NCBI GenBank assembly: GCA_003707115.1
Contig: PPNB01000016.1
Span: 124,001-188,000, forward strand
Length of the DNA: 64,000 nt
Source of the DNA: Tortispora ganteri
Taxonomy: Eukaryota
Direction: 5' to 3'
This document shows, in pieces, positions 20,440 to 33,500 of the stretch. Under the pieces are notes generated by a model. The model searched no databases. It had not been told where the DNA came from and was given only the letters and a program-made list of their open reading frames with translations. The translations under genes were made by a program, and so were the position numbers. The stretch's first letter is position 1; the number at the start of each line of letters is the position of its first letter.

Positions 20440-23400
20440 CTAACTCGCTTTTGGCTTTCTTCCCCGTCTCTTCCAGTTGTTCCGGCGATCCATCTTCTTA
20501 TTATGGAACTCGAGGATTGCTGTGGCTGCCACTGATCCTTGGCTTTTAGGCGAGGAAATCAAATGACCTATTGTAGATATAGCTGTATAATTTCTCCACA
20601 TGAGACATTTCGCCTCTAAATCTCCAAGTTTCTCCTCATCATCGTACCTTTCGTCATTCTGACTCGTGCCCATAGAATCGATAACTTTGTCTTCCTTTTT
20701 TGGTTCCACAATATTGTTGCGACGGCTGCTAGACCGTGTCAAACGAACAAACGAGTTGTCATCATCATTACTATTATTTTCCTGATTCTTCAAACCTTTG
20801 GCTTTAATATTAGAAATCCTCACACTAGATCTCAACACTCGCCGAGAAGGAACTTCATTTTCATTTTCAGAAGAGTCAGACATGGGCTCGATACTAGATT
20901 GGCCTTCATCGTCCTCACGTTCAGACTGGTTCAAACTGTCAGATGTATTTTTCGGCTCTTCTTCATTCTCCTTTTTCACTTCTAGCTCCTCGTTTTTAGT
21001 CGTTTGTTCCACATCATCTTCATCTGCATCACCATCATCTTCCTCCATATCTATGTCAAGATAAATGCTTCGTTCCAAAATCGACTTTTCAATCTCAGGT
21101 AGGTAATTCGTCAGCTCTCTGCGAAGCTTCGACTCTCGTTTACCCCATGGATTCAACCACTGGATAAGCTCCTTAATCTGAGAGACTTTATCATAATATC
21201 CCCACTCTAAAGGTGTCCAGAAACTGACTCCGTCTTCCTCAATAGCTTTTCTTTTGATGACGGGGATCCCTGACTCCGGAAATTCGTCAAAATGCTGTAG
21301 GTAGAAATCTCGCACGGGCTCTTCTAATGGATTTACAGCTGATGGAACAGGAGAGACATCAGTCTTCAACAAATATTCAGCGCTGCTTTCGCTAGGGCCT
21401 TGAACCCACAATCTCCCCATAAAATATTCAGCATGCGAGTTCTCTTCAGGCTCAAAACCTCGTCCTTCAAACCACCAATAGGTATTAAAAAACCTATCTC
21501 GCCCAAGGATACGGCTTCGCTGCGCGTCAAGACATCGTACACGATTTTCAGCGCTCTCCATGATTTGGTTACACTCATCAATTTTGTCCTTTAATTCCTT
21601 ACATTTTTTCCAGACCTTTGCAAATTCAGCGTTGGATTTGGCCAACGCTTCTTCGGGAGATTCATTAGCATGACTCCTTAAGCGAACTTTCATTCCACCA
21701 TCAGACATATCGTCATCGTTGTTTTGCTCTTCGTCAGGAAAATAAGACTGTTTCTCTTTTTCTAGCGCTGCAAGCTCATCTTGAAGAGGCTTCACCACTC
21801 TAAGACTCTCAATGCGTTCTTTGCGATATTTTGTACTTTCTTCAAGGCAGTATTCCAAATATGTGCGTGTGAAAGAAGAAACTCTCACTATATCAACAAG
21901 GATTCCAAGAATTAGCAGCTTTTCTTCCCATTTAAGATTAAAGAACGTTGTTCTTGCAGTGTCAAGTGTCTCAGGCATAGACAAAGGAGCAAGTTTAGGC
22001 AAAATTTTCTCACAGAATTCTGAGTATTCCGGAACGTGTTCCATTTCAACTATAATGGATATTACTATAATTGCCCAAGCTCCTCCGCGATACTGTTCCT
22101 TGAGAAGTCGAGAACGCCAGCCTCCTCTGTACTTCTTCATAGCTGAACCCTTGTGTGTTACTGATTCAGTATATGAATAGTCTGAAGTAGGTGACTCTCC
22201 ATTGCTAGTAGCGGAAGAGTCAGATGCGACAGAAGAAGCTTCAGGAGTCGAATATCGACTATCAGTTGTTCCTTGTTCGCTAGCATCCATATCCACTTCA
22301 GTAAAATTCACAGGAGGAATAGATACTGATAAATCTTTTTTATTGGGCAATATCATAGCAGTCAATAATGCGCAAAATATTTCATCAAAAAGCTCACAAA
22401 CAGAGGGACGATTTGACACCTTTAAGCATTCGAGGAAATCATCGTAACATATAGGAGACAAGTTCAGAGGGATTCTAAAGGTATTGAGATAATCCCAAAT
22501 CTCAAGAGATCTGGGAAACAAATCTTTAGAAATCTCTAAGTCAATATTTGGTTTAGGACGCACATTAACAGCCTTAGCGGTAACAGGCCATGTTTCAAGG
22601 TCTTCGAGAACTCTTAGTTGACGCTTGCTATAATGCTCTCGTTCTGCAGAACCATTGGTTTTAGGCACAGATTCATCCTTGTCAGTAATTTTCGAACCTT
22701 TAAGACGACTCTTTTTAGTTTTTGGTTCGCTAGGGCTTGATTCTATTTCATCTTTACCTTCCGTTTTCTTTCGGCCTCTTTTGTGCCCGTTTCCGGAGAC
22801 GTCATCATCGTCAGGAATATGAGTTCGACGACGTAGGCGTTTCATAGCCTCCTGCTCTTCGCGAGCAAGATATTCTGGCATTTCTGTATTGATATTATAT
22901 TTCTCAGCATATTCGGGTCGGACTATATAAGGCGCACCAGAGTAGGCAGCACGAGTTGTAGCAGTTTTGATAAACCAGCGAATAAGACTTTTAGTGTAAT
23001 TCCTGGAATCGCGTTGTAACTGAGAACCTTCTACAGTCTCTTCTTTCCCAGGAACTGCGACGTGTTCGACTCTGTATCTTGATATTGACGACGCAGTAGT
23101 GTTGTTATCTGAGTTAATGAACGAGTTTAATGTTGCTTTTTCTCGTACTATGACTTCCACGCGAGCATCTGTATCGAGAGACATGAGTACGACTTCACCG
23201 GGAAAGAAATCTTGCACAAATGTATCGTAAAGATCATCTACCAATGTAGTAATTCTGCCCATTGTGCACCATTGAACACGTCGTAATAGTGGACCTTTAA
23301 GCGGTTCTGGGAAATACTTTTGAAGTTCAATGAGCTGTCTAGCTTCGCTCTTGAGAGCGTCAAAATAAGTAAGTTCGCAATGACCCGTTATACCACAAAT

Positions 23401-23678
23401 GAACTGAGGTTTTGTGTAGAAGTCCATTCGTTGGAGGTAGTCGTCATACGACTTGAAGTACTCACCGGTTTCGGGAATAATCCATACTTCGTCATCATCA
23501 TTCAAATTCTTTGGGGGAGGCAAAGGAAGGACAGGTTTTCGCTTCAAATAAACGACCTATATATGAATGTTAGTTTCTGCAGCGACATGCGTTGTCTGCT
23601 CTATGCGGGGCAATCGGAGCGAGAATTTTGAAGGGATTGGAGTTGTTGTTGGTGGGGTCGAAGGACAATACTTACCAT
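20440..23678 (-). CDS. ITC1: ISW2 chromatin-remodelling subunit Itc1; exons 23676-23678 (ATG) and 20440-23556
   Basis: Spliced start MVVYLKRKPV; WAC domain (VWIIPETGEYF..YLQRMDFY..FICGITG..LTYFDALKSE), DDT region, WHIM/WSD motifs (LGRDRFFNTYWWFE, MGRLWVQGP, WLNPWGKRESKL). Confidence 0.92.
23557..23675 (-). other. Spliceosomal intron (119 nt) of ITC1
   Basis: GTAAGT donor immediately after the ATG, AACTAAC branch point at 23575-23569, TAG acceptor ending at 23557. Splicing supplies the only ATG for the conserved N-terminus, in frame. Confidence 0.9.
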
Positions 23679-24099
23679 CGGATCAGAGCCAGATCGCTAA
23701 TAAGATCTGCTAAGTTTCGCGCAAAGAAGATTGACAATTATTCAAAAGAATCGAATGCGGAAGATAGGCTGCAAATGTATATAATTAGTAGCCACGGGAG
23801 GAAAAGAGGTAGGTGCTAGGTAAACGCGATTTGTGTAATGCACTCTGGGTGCACTATAAAATAATGAATCTCAATAATTATGTGCAATTAATAATAAAAC
23901 AGCAGCTATTTATTGAGCTAATCAGATTAGGTAGTAAAACCGCCGAAACTGGGGCAATGAGTTTCACTATTTCTTCGATAATTAATATAAGGAAGAAGAA
24001 AAAGGAAAATCGGGGTGAAGAAGGCTTACTTATAACGCTCTGAATATACTTAACAAAATAAACTTTGATGCTTATTTTAAAGTACTACAGTCTATTTCC

Positions 24100-24369
24100 T
24101 TATTCGACAACAGCCTTAAGTAGTACATAGTGTACTACGGACAAGTCATATATCTTGAATCCTCCACCTAATCTACTCTTTGTTTTTAATGCTACTGCTA
24201 ATATTTTGTCCTGTATTTTTATAAATCTTAGTGTTTCAGAACCACTCTGCAAAATGCGGTCGTAAGACAATGAGAGCACTATGTTTAGAGTTTCGATAGC
24301 GCCCTTAAGTTCACGATTAACCTTCTTGTTACTTCTTATTCTCCCAACTGTCTTTCGGTCTCGGGGCAT
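24100..24369 (-). CDS. Possible small basic protein (89 aa), may be spurious
   Basis: ATG ORF in the unusually long (~860 bp) ITC1-MDN1 divergent gap; no recognised motif. Confidence 0.25.
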   Translation of the reverse strand: MPRDRKTVGRIRSNKKVNRELKGAIETLNIVLSLSYDRILQSGSETLRFIKIQDKILAVALKTKSRLGGGFKIYDLSVVHYVLLKAVVE

Positions 24370-24495
24370 GCCTAGTTGGCCAGGCTAAAACTTTAATTTT
24401 TTGCTGCACATTGGAGGTTTTTTTTTCATTGTGATCATTTTGATTCTCGAAAAAGCCCATATCGCGATCATCCGACAAACAGATCTATTCTAAGG

Positions 24496-24514
24496 ATATA
24501 TATATATATATATA
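24496..24514. repeat. (AT)n microsatellite running into TATAAA just upstream of MDN1
   Basis: atatatatatatatatata, ending 22 nt before the MDN1 ATG. Confidence 0.85.
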
Positions 24515-24536
24515 AAGCTGTCGATCATTACATATA

Positions 24537-27500
24537 ATGGATTTGTATAGTTTTAGTATACCAAGCGCTCAATTGGTAGATCAAGAACTGCAACCACTGT
24601 TGTCATCGTTCGTTTCGCACCTGGGTATATCGCTTTTCGAAGATATACCTGTTAAAATGCAAACTGATCATGCTTTTCTTGACTTATTGAGTAATGTGCT
24701 TTTACAAGACTGGAATGTACTCATAGCTGCAGTGTACTTTGATTCTTTGCTTCCCGATATTGCAGTAAGATGGGCTGCCATTACTTCAGATCAGCCCATA
24801 GCCGCTCTCAATGCACTCGCCTTGATCCTTCCGCTGTGCCCGCATTTAGCACCTATAGCACTTAACTTGCTGCATAGAGTGAAGCTAAACTATACAGATC
24901 GACATCTCATTGTGTCGCTGTACCGGATGTTGCGGCACAGTGACGAATTTGCCGACATTATACCGCTTACAACACTAATCGATCTTACTAACACCTCTGA
25001 CCCACTAGTGCGCTACTTTGCCGTCCAAATAGCCTCAAGAGTCCTTGAACTAGCTCCCAAAGCAAAAAATAATGCTATTAAAGCTACAAAGAGTATCTCT
25101 TTGCAGTCATCAATGTTAATGGCCCCACTTTCGTTTGATCCTGTTACTCTCGCAACGCAGGAAGTCGATGTTCAGTTCTTTGATCTTTTCGAGGCCGAAA
25201 GGCTCGATAATTGGAATAAACTCCGTATGCGCACTAAAAATATGGTACAAACTCCATGTTCGATTCCTTTGTCTTTTTTGTCCGCCAGTACGCTTTGTGC
25301 TGGAAACGTGTTGCTTTATCGACCATACCTATCCTCTTATAAACGTGTTAATTTCATACCTACGACGTCAGGATCTGTTGCTGTCGATCAAATGGCTTTA
25401 GCAATACGCGAGAAGAAACCAGTTATGGTGATCGGACCCGGCGGCTCTGGTAAAACATTCCTTATAGAACAATTTGCGCACGCTTGTCGGAGACCAGGCG
25501 ATTTTGTCAAGATCCACGTTGGTAGCCAGACTGACTCAAAGATGTTGATTGGTTCTTACACTACAGGAGCTACTCCTGGAGTATTTGAATGGAAACTGGG
25601 AGCGCTTGCTCGCGCCGCTTCTGAGGGTTTGTGGCTCTTGATCGAGGATATTGATCAAGCACCAAGCGACATGATCAGCGTTCTTCTGTCTCTACTTGAA
25701 TCTCGCACATTAATGATTCCATCGCGCTCAGAAATGATTGAAGCTCATCCGCAGTTTCAGCTAATATGCACGATCAGAACACCTTCCGCTAAGAAAGTTA
25801 TTGGTGAACATCTCTGGACTAAAGTTTGCCTAGACACTCCTACGTCGCATGATCTTGAAGCTATAATGCTAAGTAAGTACCCTATACTTTCACCGTTCAA
25901 TGAAGTACTTGTACAAAGTTATCAAGAAATTGATGACATGTTGAACTCCAAAATAGGCATGACATCAGAAGACGGCGCCCGTAGACGGCGGTTCAATAGT
26001 CGTGATCTATTCAAATGGGCGTCTCGTTGTTCTATAGATGCTAAAACTATGGGACTCAACTCATTGTCTCACGAGGTTCCTGATTACTTCTACGATATAA
26101 TACTACGTGAAGCTTATGATTGTTTCTGTCAGAGTTTTTCAAGTGATAAATTGAAAAGAGCAATACTTGAGATAGTGGCAGGTCGCCTATCTATTTCTGT
26201 TAACAGAGCCGAAGTTCTTCTGCGTGAAACACCAAAAATGAATGATTCAAACCCTGCAGAATTACATATAGGTCGATCTCTGCTGATAAGAAAGCCGTCT
26301 AGCGAGAAAATACAGCTAAACAAATCCTCTTTTGCCTACACAAATCACGCTCTCAACCTTCTTGAACGATTATGCGTTTCTGTATCATTGAATGAACCAA
26401 CGCTGCTTGTTGGAGAAACAGGTACGGGTAAAACTACGATTGTGCAGCATCTTGCATCACTCATGAACAAAAAACTCACTATTGTCAATCTTTCGCAGCA
26501 GTCTGAAGCAAGCGATCTCATTGGTGGGTTCAAACCGGTTGAACCGAGTACGCTTGTAATACCGCTCTTGAATGCATTCGAAGACCTATTCTTTTCTACA
26601 TTTTCACAGGATAAAAACTCCACATATATTCGGGCATTGACACAATATGCAGAGAAAAAGCAGTGGAGTGCTGTCACTCGAGTGTTTTCCAGCACGTGCC
26701 AAAAGGCCATTGATGCACTGGAGGCAAAATTTGCCCAAAAATTCAATGAGAATGCAGAGCACAAAAGCAAGAAAAAGAAAACAAACGAGGATCTGAAAGA
26801 GCTTATCAATCGATGGAAATATTTCAAGAAGGAAGTGCACGATTTTCATGCTGCTCAAAGCAAGTCCGCTAACGCGCTTATTTTCAAGTTCGTTGAAGGA
26901 GCTCTCGTTGAAGCAGTACGTAATGGCTACTGGATTCTTCTTGACGAAGTTAATCTTGCAAGTCCTGAAACTCTCGACGGAATATCGGATCTTTTATCTA
27001 CATCTGGAGATCGTACGATGCTTCTATCAGAGAAAGGCGAGCTAGAGACCCTGACTGCGCATTCAGAGTTTTGTCTATTTGCATGCATGAATCCATCCAC
27101 GGATGTGGGCAAGCGTGAACTCCCTGAAAGTCTCAGATCGAGGTTTACTGAGATTTTTGTAGAGTCTCCGGACACTTATCGTCATGATTTACTCACAATT
27201 ATTCAAAGCTATATGGGCTCGCTCACTGCGGGTGATCAGACAATTTGCGGCGATATTGCTGAAGTATTTATGACAGCTAAGAAATTGTCAGAAGACCACA
27301 AAATTCTCGATAGCTCGAACAATCGTCCACATTACTCAATTAGAACGCTGGCTCGCACGTTGATATATGTTCAAGACATGGTGCGCTATTACACTCTCAG
27401 AAGATGTGTTTACGAAGGATTTTGCATGACAATGCTTACTGCGCTAGATAACTCATCTGAAAGCGTTTTAGAGAGCACATTTGTGGATTTAATTTTTAAA

Positions 27501-30500
27501 AACGAGAGAGCAAAGAAAGCTGCTCTTAATCAATCGCCGAGGATCGACCAGAACAGTACTGACTATGTTGTTTGGAACGACCAAATTATCCGCAAGGGAC
27601 CTCTAGAGCCTGTTAAAGATGACAAGTTTATTATAACGCCGTTTGTACAGAAAAATCTCAGAAATCTTATGCGTGCAACTTCTTGCAGGAGATTTCCTAT
27701 TCTTATACAAGGACCTACTTCCAGTGGTAAAACTAGCATGGTGTCATATCTGGCCAAACTGACTGGACATAAGTTCGTTCGCATTAATAACCATGAGCAC
27801 ACTGATATACAAGAGTATGTTGGTTCTTATATTGCAGATTCATCTGGAAAGCTAGTCTTCCAAGATGGTATCCTAGTAGAAGCCATGCGGTCTGGTTCGT
27901 GGCTAGTTCTAGACGAACTAAATTTGGCTCCTTCTGATATTTTAGAGGCTTTGAACCGACTTCTTGACGACAATCACGAACTTCTTATTCCTGAAACACA
28001 AGAAGTAGTCAAACCGCATCCGGAATTTCTACTATTCGCTACACAGAACCCGCCCGGTGCATACGGTGGTCGTAAACACCTCTCAAAGGCATTCAGAAAC
28101 CGTTTTCTTGAACTTAACTTTGAGGATATTCCACAGGATGAGCTGGAAACTATTTTGCGCGAGAGATGCAAAATAGCTCCTAGCTATGCGAACAAAATTG
28201 TTGAAGTATACCGTCAGCTATCTCTCGTTCGTCGAACAACTCGATTATTTGAACAAAAGAACAGCTTTGCCACTCTGCGTGACTTGTTCAGATGGGCTAA
28301 CCGCGAAGCTATTGGCTACGAGCAGCTTGCTTATAACGGATACGTTCTTCTTGCAGAGAAAGTACGTGAACCGTCCGAGAAGGCTGTGGTATTGGAAACA
28401 CTGGAGAAGGTGATGAAGGTGAAAATCGATGTGAACCAGGTTTATCGAGTTCCGCAAGAGGTTATCAACAAGAGCTTCAACGGCATGGTGTGGACCAATT
28501 CACTGCGAAGACTGTATACGCTAGTTAATAGCGCTGTTGCGAACAAAGAACCTGTATTGCTGATTGGTGATACAGGTTGTGGCAAGACTAGTGTATGCCA
28601 ACTATTAGCTCACATCAACCACAAAGAGTTGTCGATTTTCAATGCATACCAAAACACAGAAACGAGTGATCTGATTGGATCTCAACGGCCCGTGCGCAAT
28701 AGAAAGGCCAATGAGCAAAGACTACGGCAAGCTATATGTGATAATTTAAAAGACGCCGATGCCAGTAGCTCTACGGACGATCTGATCTCCTTATTTGAAG
28801 AAAATTTCACTATATACTCTGAGAAACAACAATCTCTAATTTATGAGCTTATACAGCGTCATCGTTCACTCTTTGAATGGGTGGATGGTCCTTTAGTATC
28901 GTGCATGAAGCAAGGATCTTACTTCTTGCTTGACGAGATATCACTGGCAGATGATTCTGTGTTGGAACGGCTTAATTCTGTATTGGAACCTGAAAGGACT
29001 ATACTTATTGCAGAGAAAGGTTCAGGTGACAGCTTTGTACAAGCTGAAGACTCATTTATGTTTTTTGCTACGATGAACCCCGGTGGAGATTATGGCAAAA
29101 AAGAGCTTTCACCTGCATTGCGAAACCGTTTTACAGAAATATGGGTCCCAAGTATGAACGAAATTGATGATTCTGTTCAAATTGTTGTGGCATCTCTATT
29201 ACCCGAATTGCAAAAGTTTGCAGAACCAATGGTACAGTTTTCTGTATGGTTCGCAAAGACATTTTCCTCTGATGGACAGGTTTCTGGTAATATATCCATT
29301 CGAGATCTGCTTTTGTGGTCCAATTTCATGAACTCGTACGTGAAAAAGGCATCAAATTACTCAAATAGGGAGTTGAATTCCCTTTTTTTGGAAGGATCTT
29401 ATTTATCTTTTGTGGATGGACTCGGCACTAACAACACATTTGGCTTGTCGGAGAATGCTGAGATGCTGAGAGAGGCAAAACTTTCGTGTAAGACAAAATT
29501 ATGTGCTCTGATTAATGTCGAACCAAGCTTGATTGCTGGTGATGGTGGCAAAATTGACATTTCTAATGACGCTATAAATGCTGGAATATTCTCTATACCC
29601 CGTCTAAAGGTGAACGAACTGTCACAGTTTGATTTATCTGCGCCTACTACTGCATTGAATGCATACAGGACTATCCGGGCTATGCAGGTAAACAGACCCA
29701 TTCTGCTTGAAGGAAACCCCGGTGTCGGCAAGACTGCACTTATTACGAACCTTGCAAAAGTTATAGGTGTGAATCTTACCAGGATCAATTTGTCTGAGCA
29801 AACAGATCTGATCGACTTGTTTGGATCTGATGTGCCTGACGAGACACAGGATATTGGTAACTTCAGGTGGCAAGATGCGCCTTTCCTACAGGCCTTACAG
29901 CGTGGTGAATGGGTACTTTTAGACGAAATGAACCTGGCTTCGCAAGCTGTCCTTGAGGGACTTAACGCTTGTTTAGACCACAGAGGAGAAGTGTATATTC
30001 CTGAATTAGGCCGTTCATTTGTCAAACACCCGGATTTCAAAGTATTCGCTGCACAAAACCCACAGGGACAAGGCAGTGGAAGAAAAGGATTGCCTAAATC
30101 GTTTTTAAATCGTTTTTCGTTAGTTTACATGAGCCCATTGACTGCTGTTGATCTTGAAATTATATTGTCTTCACGCTTCCCACAATGGGCCGATATATGT
30201 GGCAAATTTGTCAATTTCATGGAGAGAATCAATACGGAACTTGACAAGCGTACTTTTGGAAGTGCAGGTTTTCCATGGGAATTCAATTTACGCGACAGTA
30301 TTAGATACTTCAAGCTTTTAGAGCGCTTTACTATTGAGTCGGAAGGAGCACCAATTGCCTTTTTGATTAAGCTAATATTTGCGGAAAGGTTTCGTTCGAA
30401 GACTGATCGGCAATACGTTGAACAGATTATGAACGAGTGTTTTCAGATTAACGAGCGCATTGATTTTAATAGGTCTTCCATACAAGAAAATGAAGATTGT

Positions 30501-33500
30501 TTAATTGTCAATAGAACGTCTATCAAACGGTCTGATGTCTATGCACCAAAGAGAGGCAGAGAACTTCAAGTATTACACTGCAATCAATTCCTTACAGAGT
30601 CAATTATGGCCTGTGTTGAATTAAATTGGCCAGTATTGCTTTATGGCCCTGCAAGATCTGGAAAATCGTCTTTGATTAGGAAATTGGCTAGCATTGTTGG
30701 ATCAAAGCTCTATGAAGTCGCTCTCAACCAGAGTATTGATAGCTTAGACCTTCTTGGAGGCTATGAGCAAGTTGACACTGATTTTTCTCGCAGACAGGTT
30801 TACACTGAACTTACTGAACAGTTAAATGGGTTTCTACGCAAGTTGTACTGTAGTAATTTGCATCTAATTGGATCTGTGAAAGACTTATCTGCGATTTGTG
30901 TGCAAATATCTACACTTTCGCTTCAGAATATCCAGAAAACCTTTGAAAATTTTATTAAAGTTCACCAAAAAAGGCTTCTTGAAACTGATACTGGCAAAGA
31001 ACTAATCAATTATATGAAACTACAAGTTGATATTATTGATTCCTATGCTTTGCTACCTCTCAAGGAAAGTTCCACCAACTTTGCATTTAAATGGATTGAC
31101 GGCGTACTTATACGCGCCGCAATTGAAGGTTCTTGGGTTATACTTGACAATGCGAATTTGTGCAATCCAGCAGTCCTGGACCGTCTTAACTCTTTGTTAG
31201 AGGAGAATGGATTTCTGGTATTAAATGAAGGAGTGATGACAGAAACTGGTGAACCTCGTGTAATATATCCTCATCCAAATTTCAGAATATTTCTTCTAGC
31301 TGACCCTTCTTATGGTGAATTGAGTCGTGCAATGCGTAACCGTGCGCTTGAGCTGTACGTTCCAGACCTTGCTGAAAGATCTGAATTGCTTGATCGACAA
31401 TCATTAAAGATCATTCCATCAGATATTCCTATTGTTCAGCACCTCTGCGACTTGGATCCGACCATTTCCTTTTTGAAAAATATGCATTTACTTCCTCGTC
31501 TTATGTCAAACTTTGCTGAACCGTCATTCCTTTTACAAGGTCTGGCAGAAATGCTGCCTGAGAACTGTAGCCAAACGCTACAAGACTGGTCACGCGTACT
31601 TACGCAACTATCATGCACCACATTGCAGCAGTTCTATTCTGAAGAAACTCTTAAAAGCATATCTGACTACGCTAATTTCTATCGAGTCTCTAAAGTCAGC
31701 AACTACATCAATACAATGCCTTTAATTACCGAGTACCGACGGAAATACAATTTGGAAGAACTACCGAAGCCAAATATACTCACTGTTGGTAATTATTCAC
31801 TTTCATGCCTGCTTTTTAAACGACCAGATTCTCTAACATACTGTCACGATATTGAAATTGACTTCCACAAGCTGAACGCACTCATGCCAAGTTGCTCTTC
31901 TGCGAAATACTTATCATCTCAAGACAAAACCGAATCAAAAACCCTAGAAACATTCTTAAATTTGTTTATTACATTTTTTAACAAGATGTCTGCTGATACG
32001 TTTGCTACTGTTATTGCTTCTGAAGAATCTCAACGTCTAATTCAATCTCTTGTTGCATTGGCGCTCTACCTTGCAGATTTGCTGAAAAACAATGTACTGC
32101 TAGGAAGTCATGTTTACGAGATAGTAAAGCTCATTCTAAATATGTCTACCGATTTTGCAGTGAGTAACTTTAGTCAACTCTCCGAATCTATAGATATACT
32201 ACGCAAAAGGTACACTATCACTCGAGGCCAGAGCATCTATACCTTATGGAATCAGCTCCATGCTCGATTGCCGGCAACTAAAGAGAAATATACAATATAC
32301 CAGAAGACACTGGAACTGGGTGCTAAATTTGATCGTATTCTACTTGACGTGTCTCCTTTGTTGTATTCTGATCTTACAAGTTTGCTTTTAAGGCTGCTGG
32401 ATATGTCGTCTGGCTTGTATGCTGATGTGGCAATAGAAGCACAGCTCACTGATTTTATATCGGATCGTTTAGACGAGATATATTTTTCAATTCAGCAGGA
32501 GCAAAATAACCAACAAAAGCTGCGAAATAGGAGAAACGACGAGAAGAGTTACGTAAAGTTTCAGTTCTTTTACAGGACTTGTTTTGTTGCAGAAATGCTG
32601 AACCTGCATGGTGATGGCGAACAATCATATATTTCTCAATCATTGATCCCTCTGGCTATTAATTCGGGATTGAAATATTCCTGGATAGAGCTTTGCAACG
32701 TCTATTGGGGCACAAAGAACAGAGTTCTTATGCAGAATGTTAGTATATCGCCACTTCTATTCCAGAATTCAATCAGTGAAATTTCTACTGGAAAATATGT
32801 GCTTAATTTGTGCAATATAATTAGCGAGCATACATACACGCCTCTGAAAGAGTCACAAGCTACACTCAATATAATGCAGGGTGTTCATGATGCTATGGTT
32901 AGCTCTATTGATACGCTACTTAAAGACTTCAATGCTATTCTTGCAGAAAATATACTTCTGAAGTTGTTTAAAACTATTGCTTTGTTTGATGCAACTTTAG
33001 AAAGCATGCTTGCAGAAATTTACAACAATATCAAGTATACCAGTCAAATTCCATTGGCAATTGAACATATCTTGCAGAAGATTGACTGTTCTAGCTGTTT
33101 TGGAACTTCCTGGTCAATGTACTTTGTGCCTTGTTTACAAGCAATAAGTCAAGGAAATTTAAGCAGTGCTTTTATTCTTTACGGCCTTGGAATGATTGAA
33201 CTGTATGTCCCGAATGTTCCAATAGATCCTGTACTTGGTGTGAAGATTGAATCTGAAATCCGGGACCGCGAGAAGGCCATTTTTGAAGAAAAGGTTTCGC
33301 AGTTCAATGTACTGTCACGACTTTATTATGGAATGGATACTACTTTTAGACCTATTCTGCAATCACGTGTTCAGTTAGATGCGGGTGAACTAAAACCTAC
33401 AGGATTCCGTGAGACTAACAGCCAAATCTATGAGGTATACAAGGATATTTGGAGACTATTGAGCTCGACTGTAAACGACAGTCTTCTTCAAGCGACTACG

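Noticed and set aside
24363..24425. tRNA D-arm-like hairpin GCCT-AGTTGGCC-AGGC
   Set aside because: No anticodon arm, T-arm (GTTCRA) or acceptor stem downstream.
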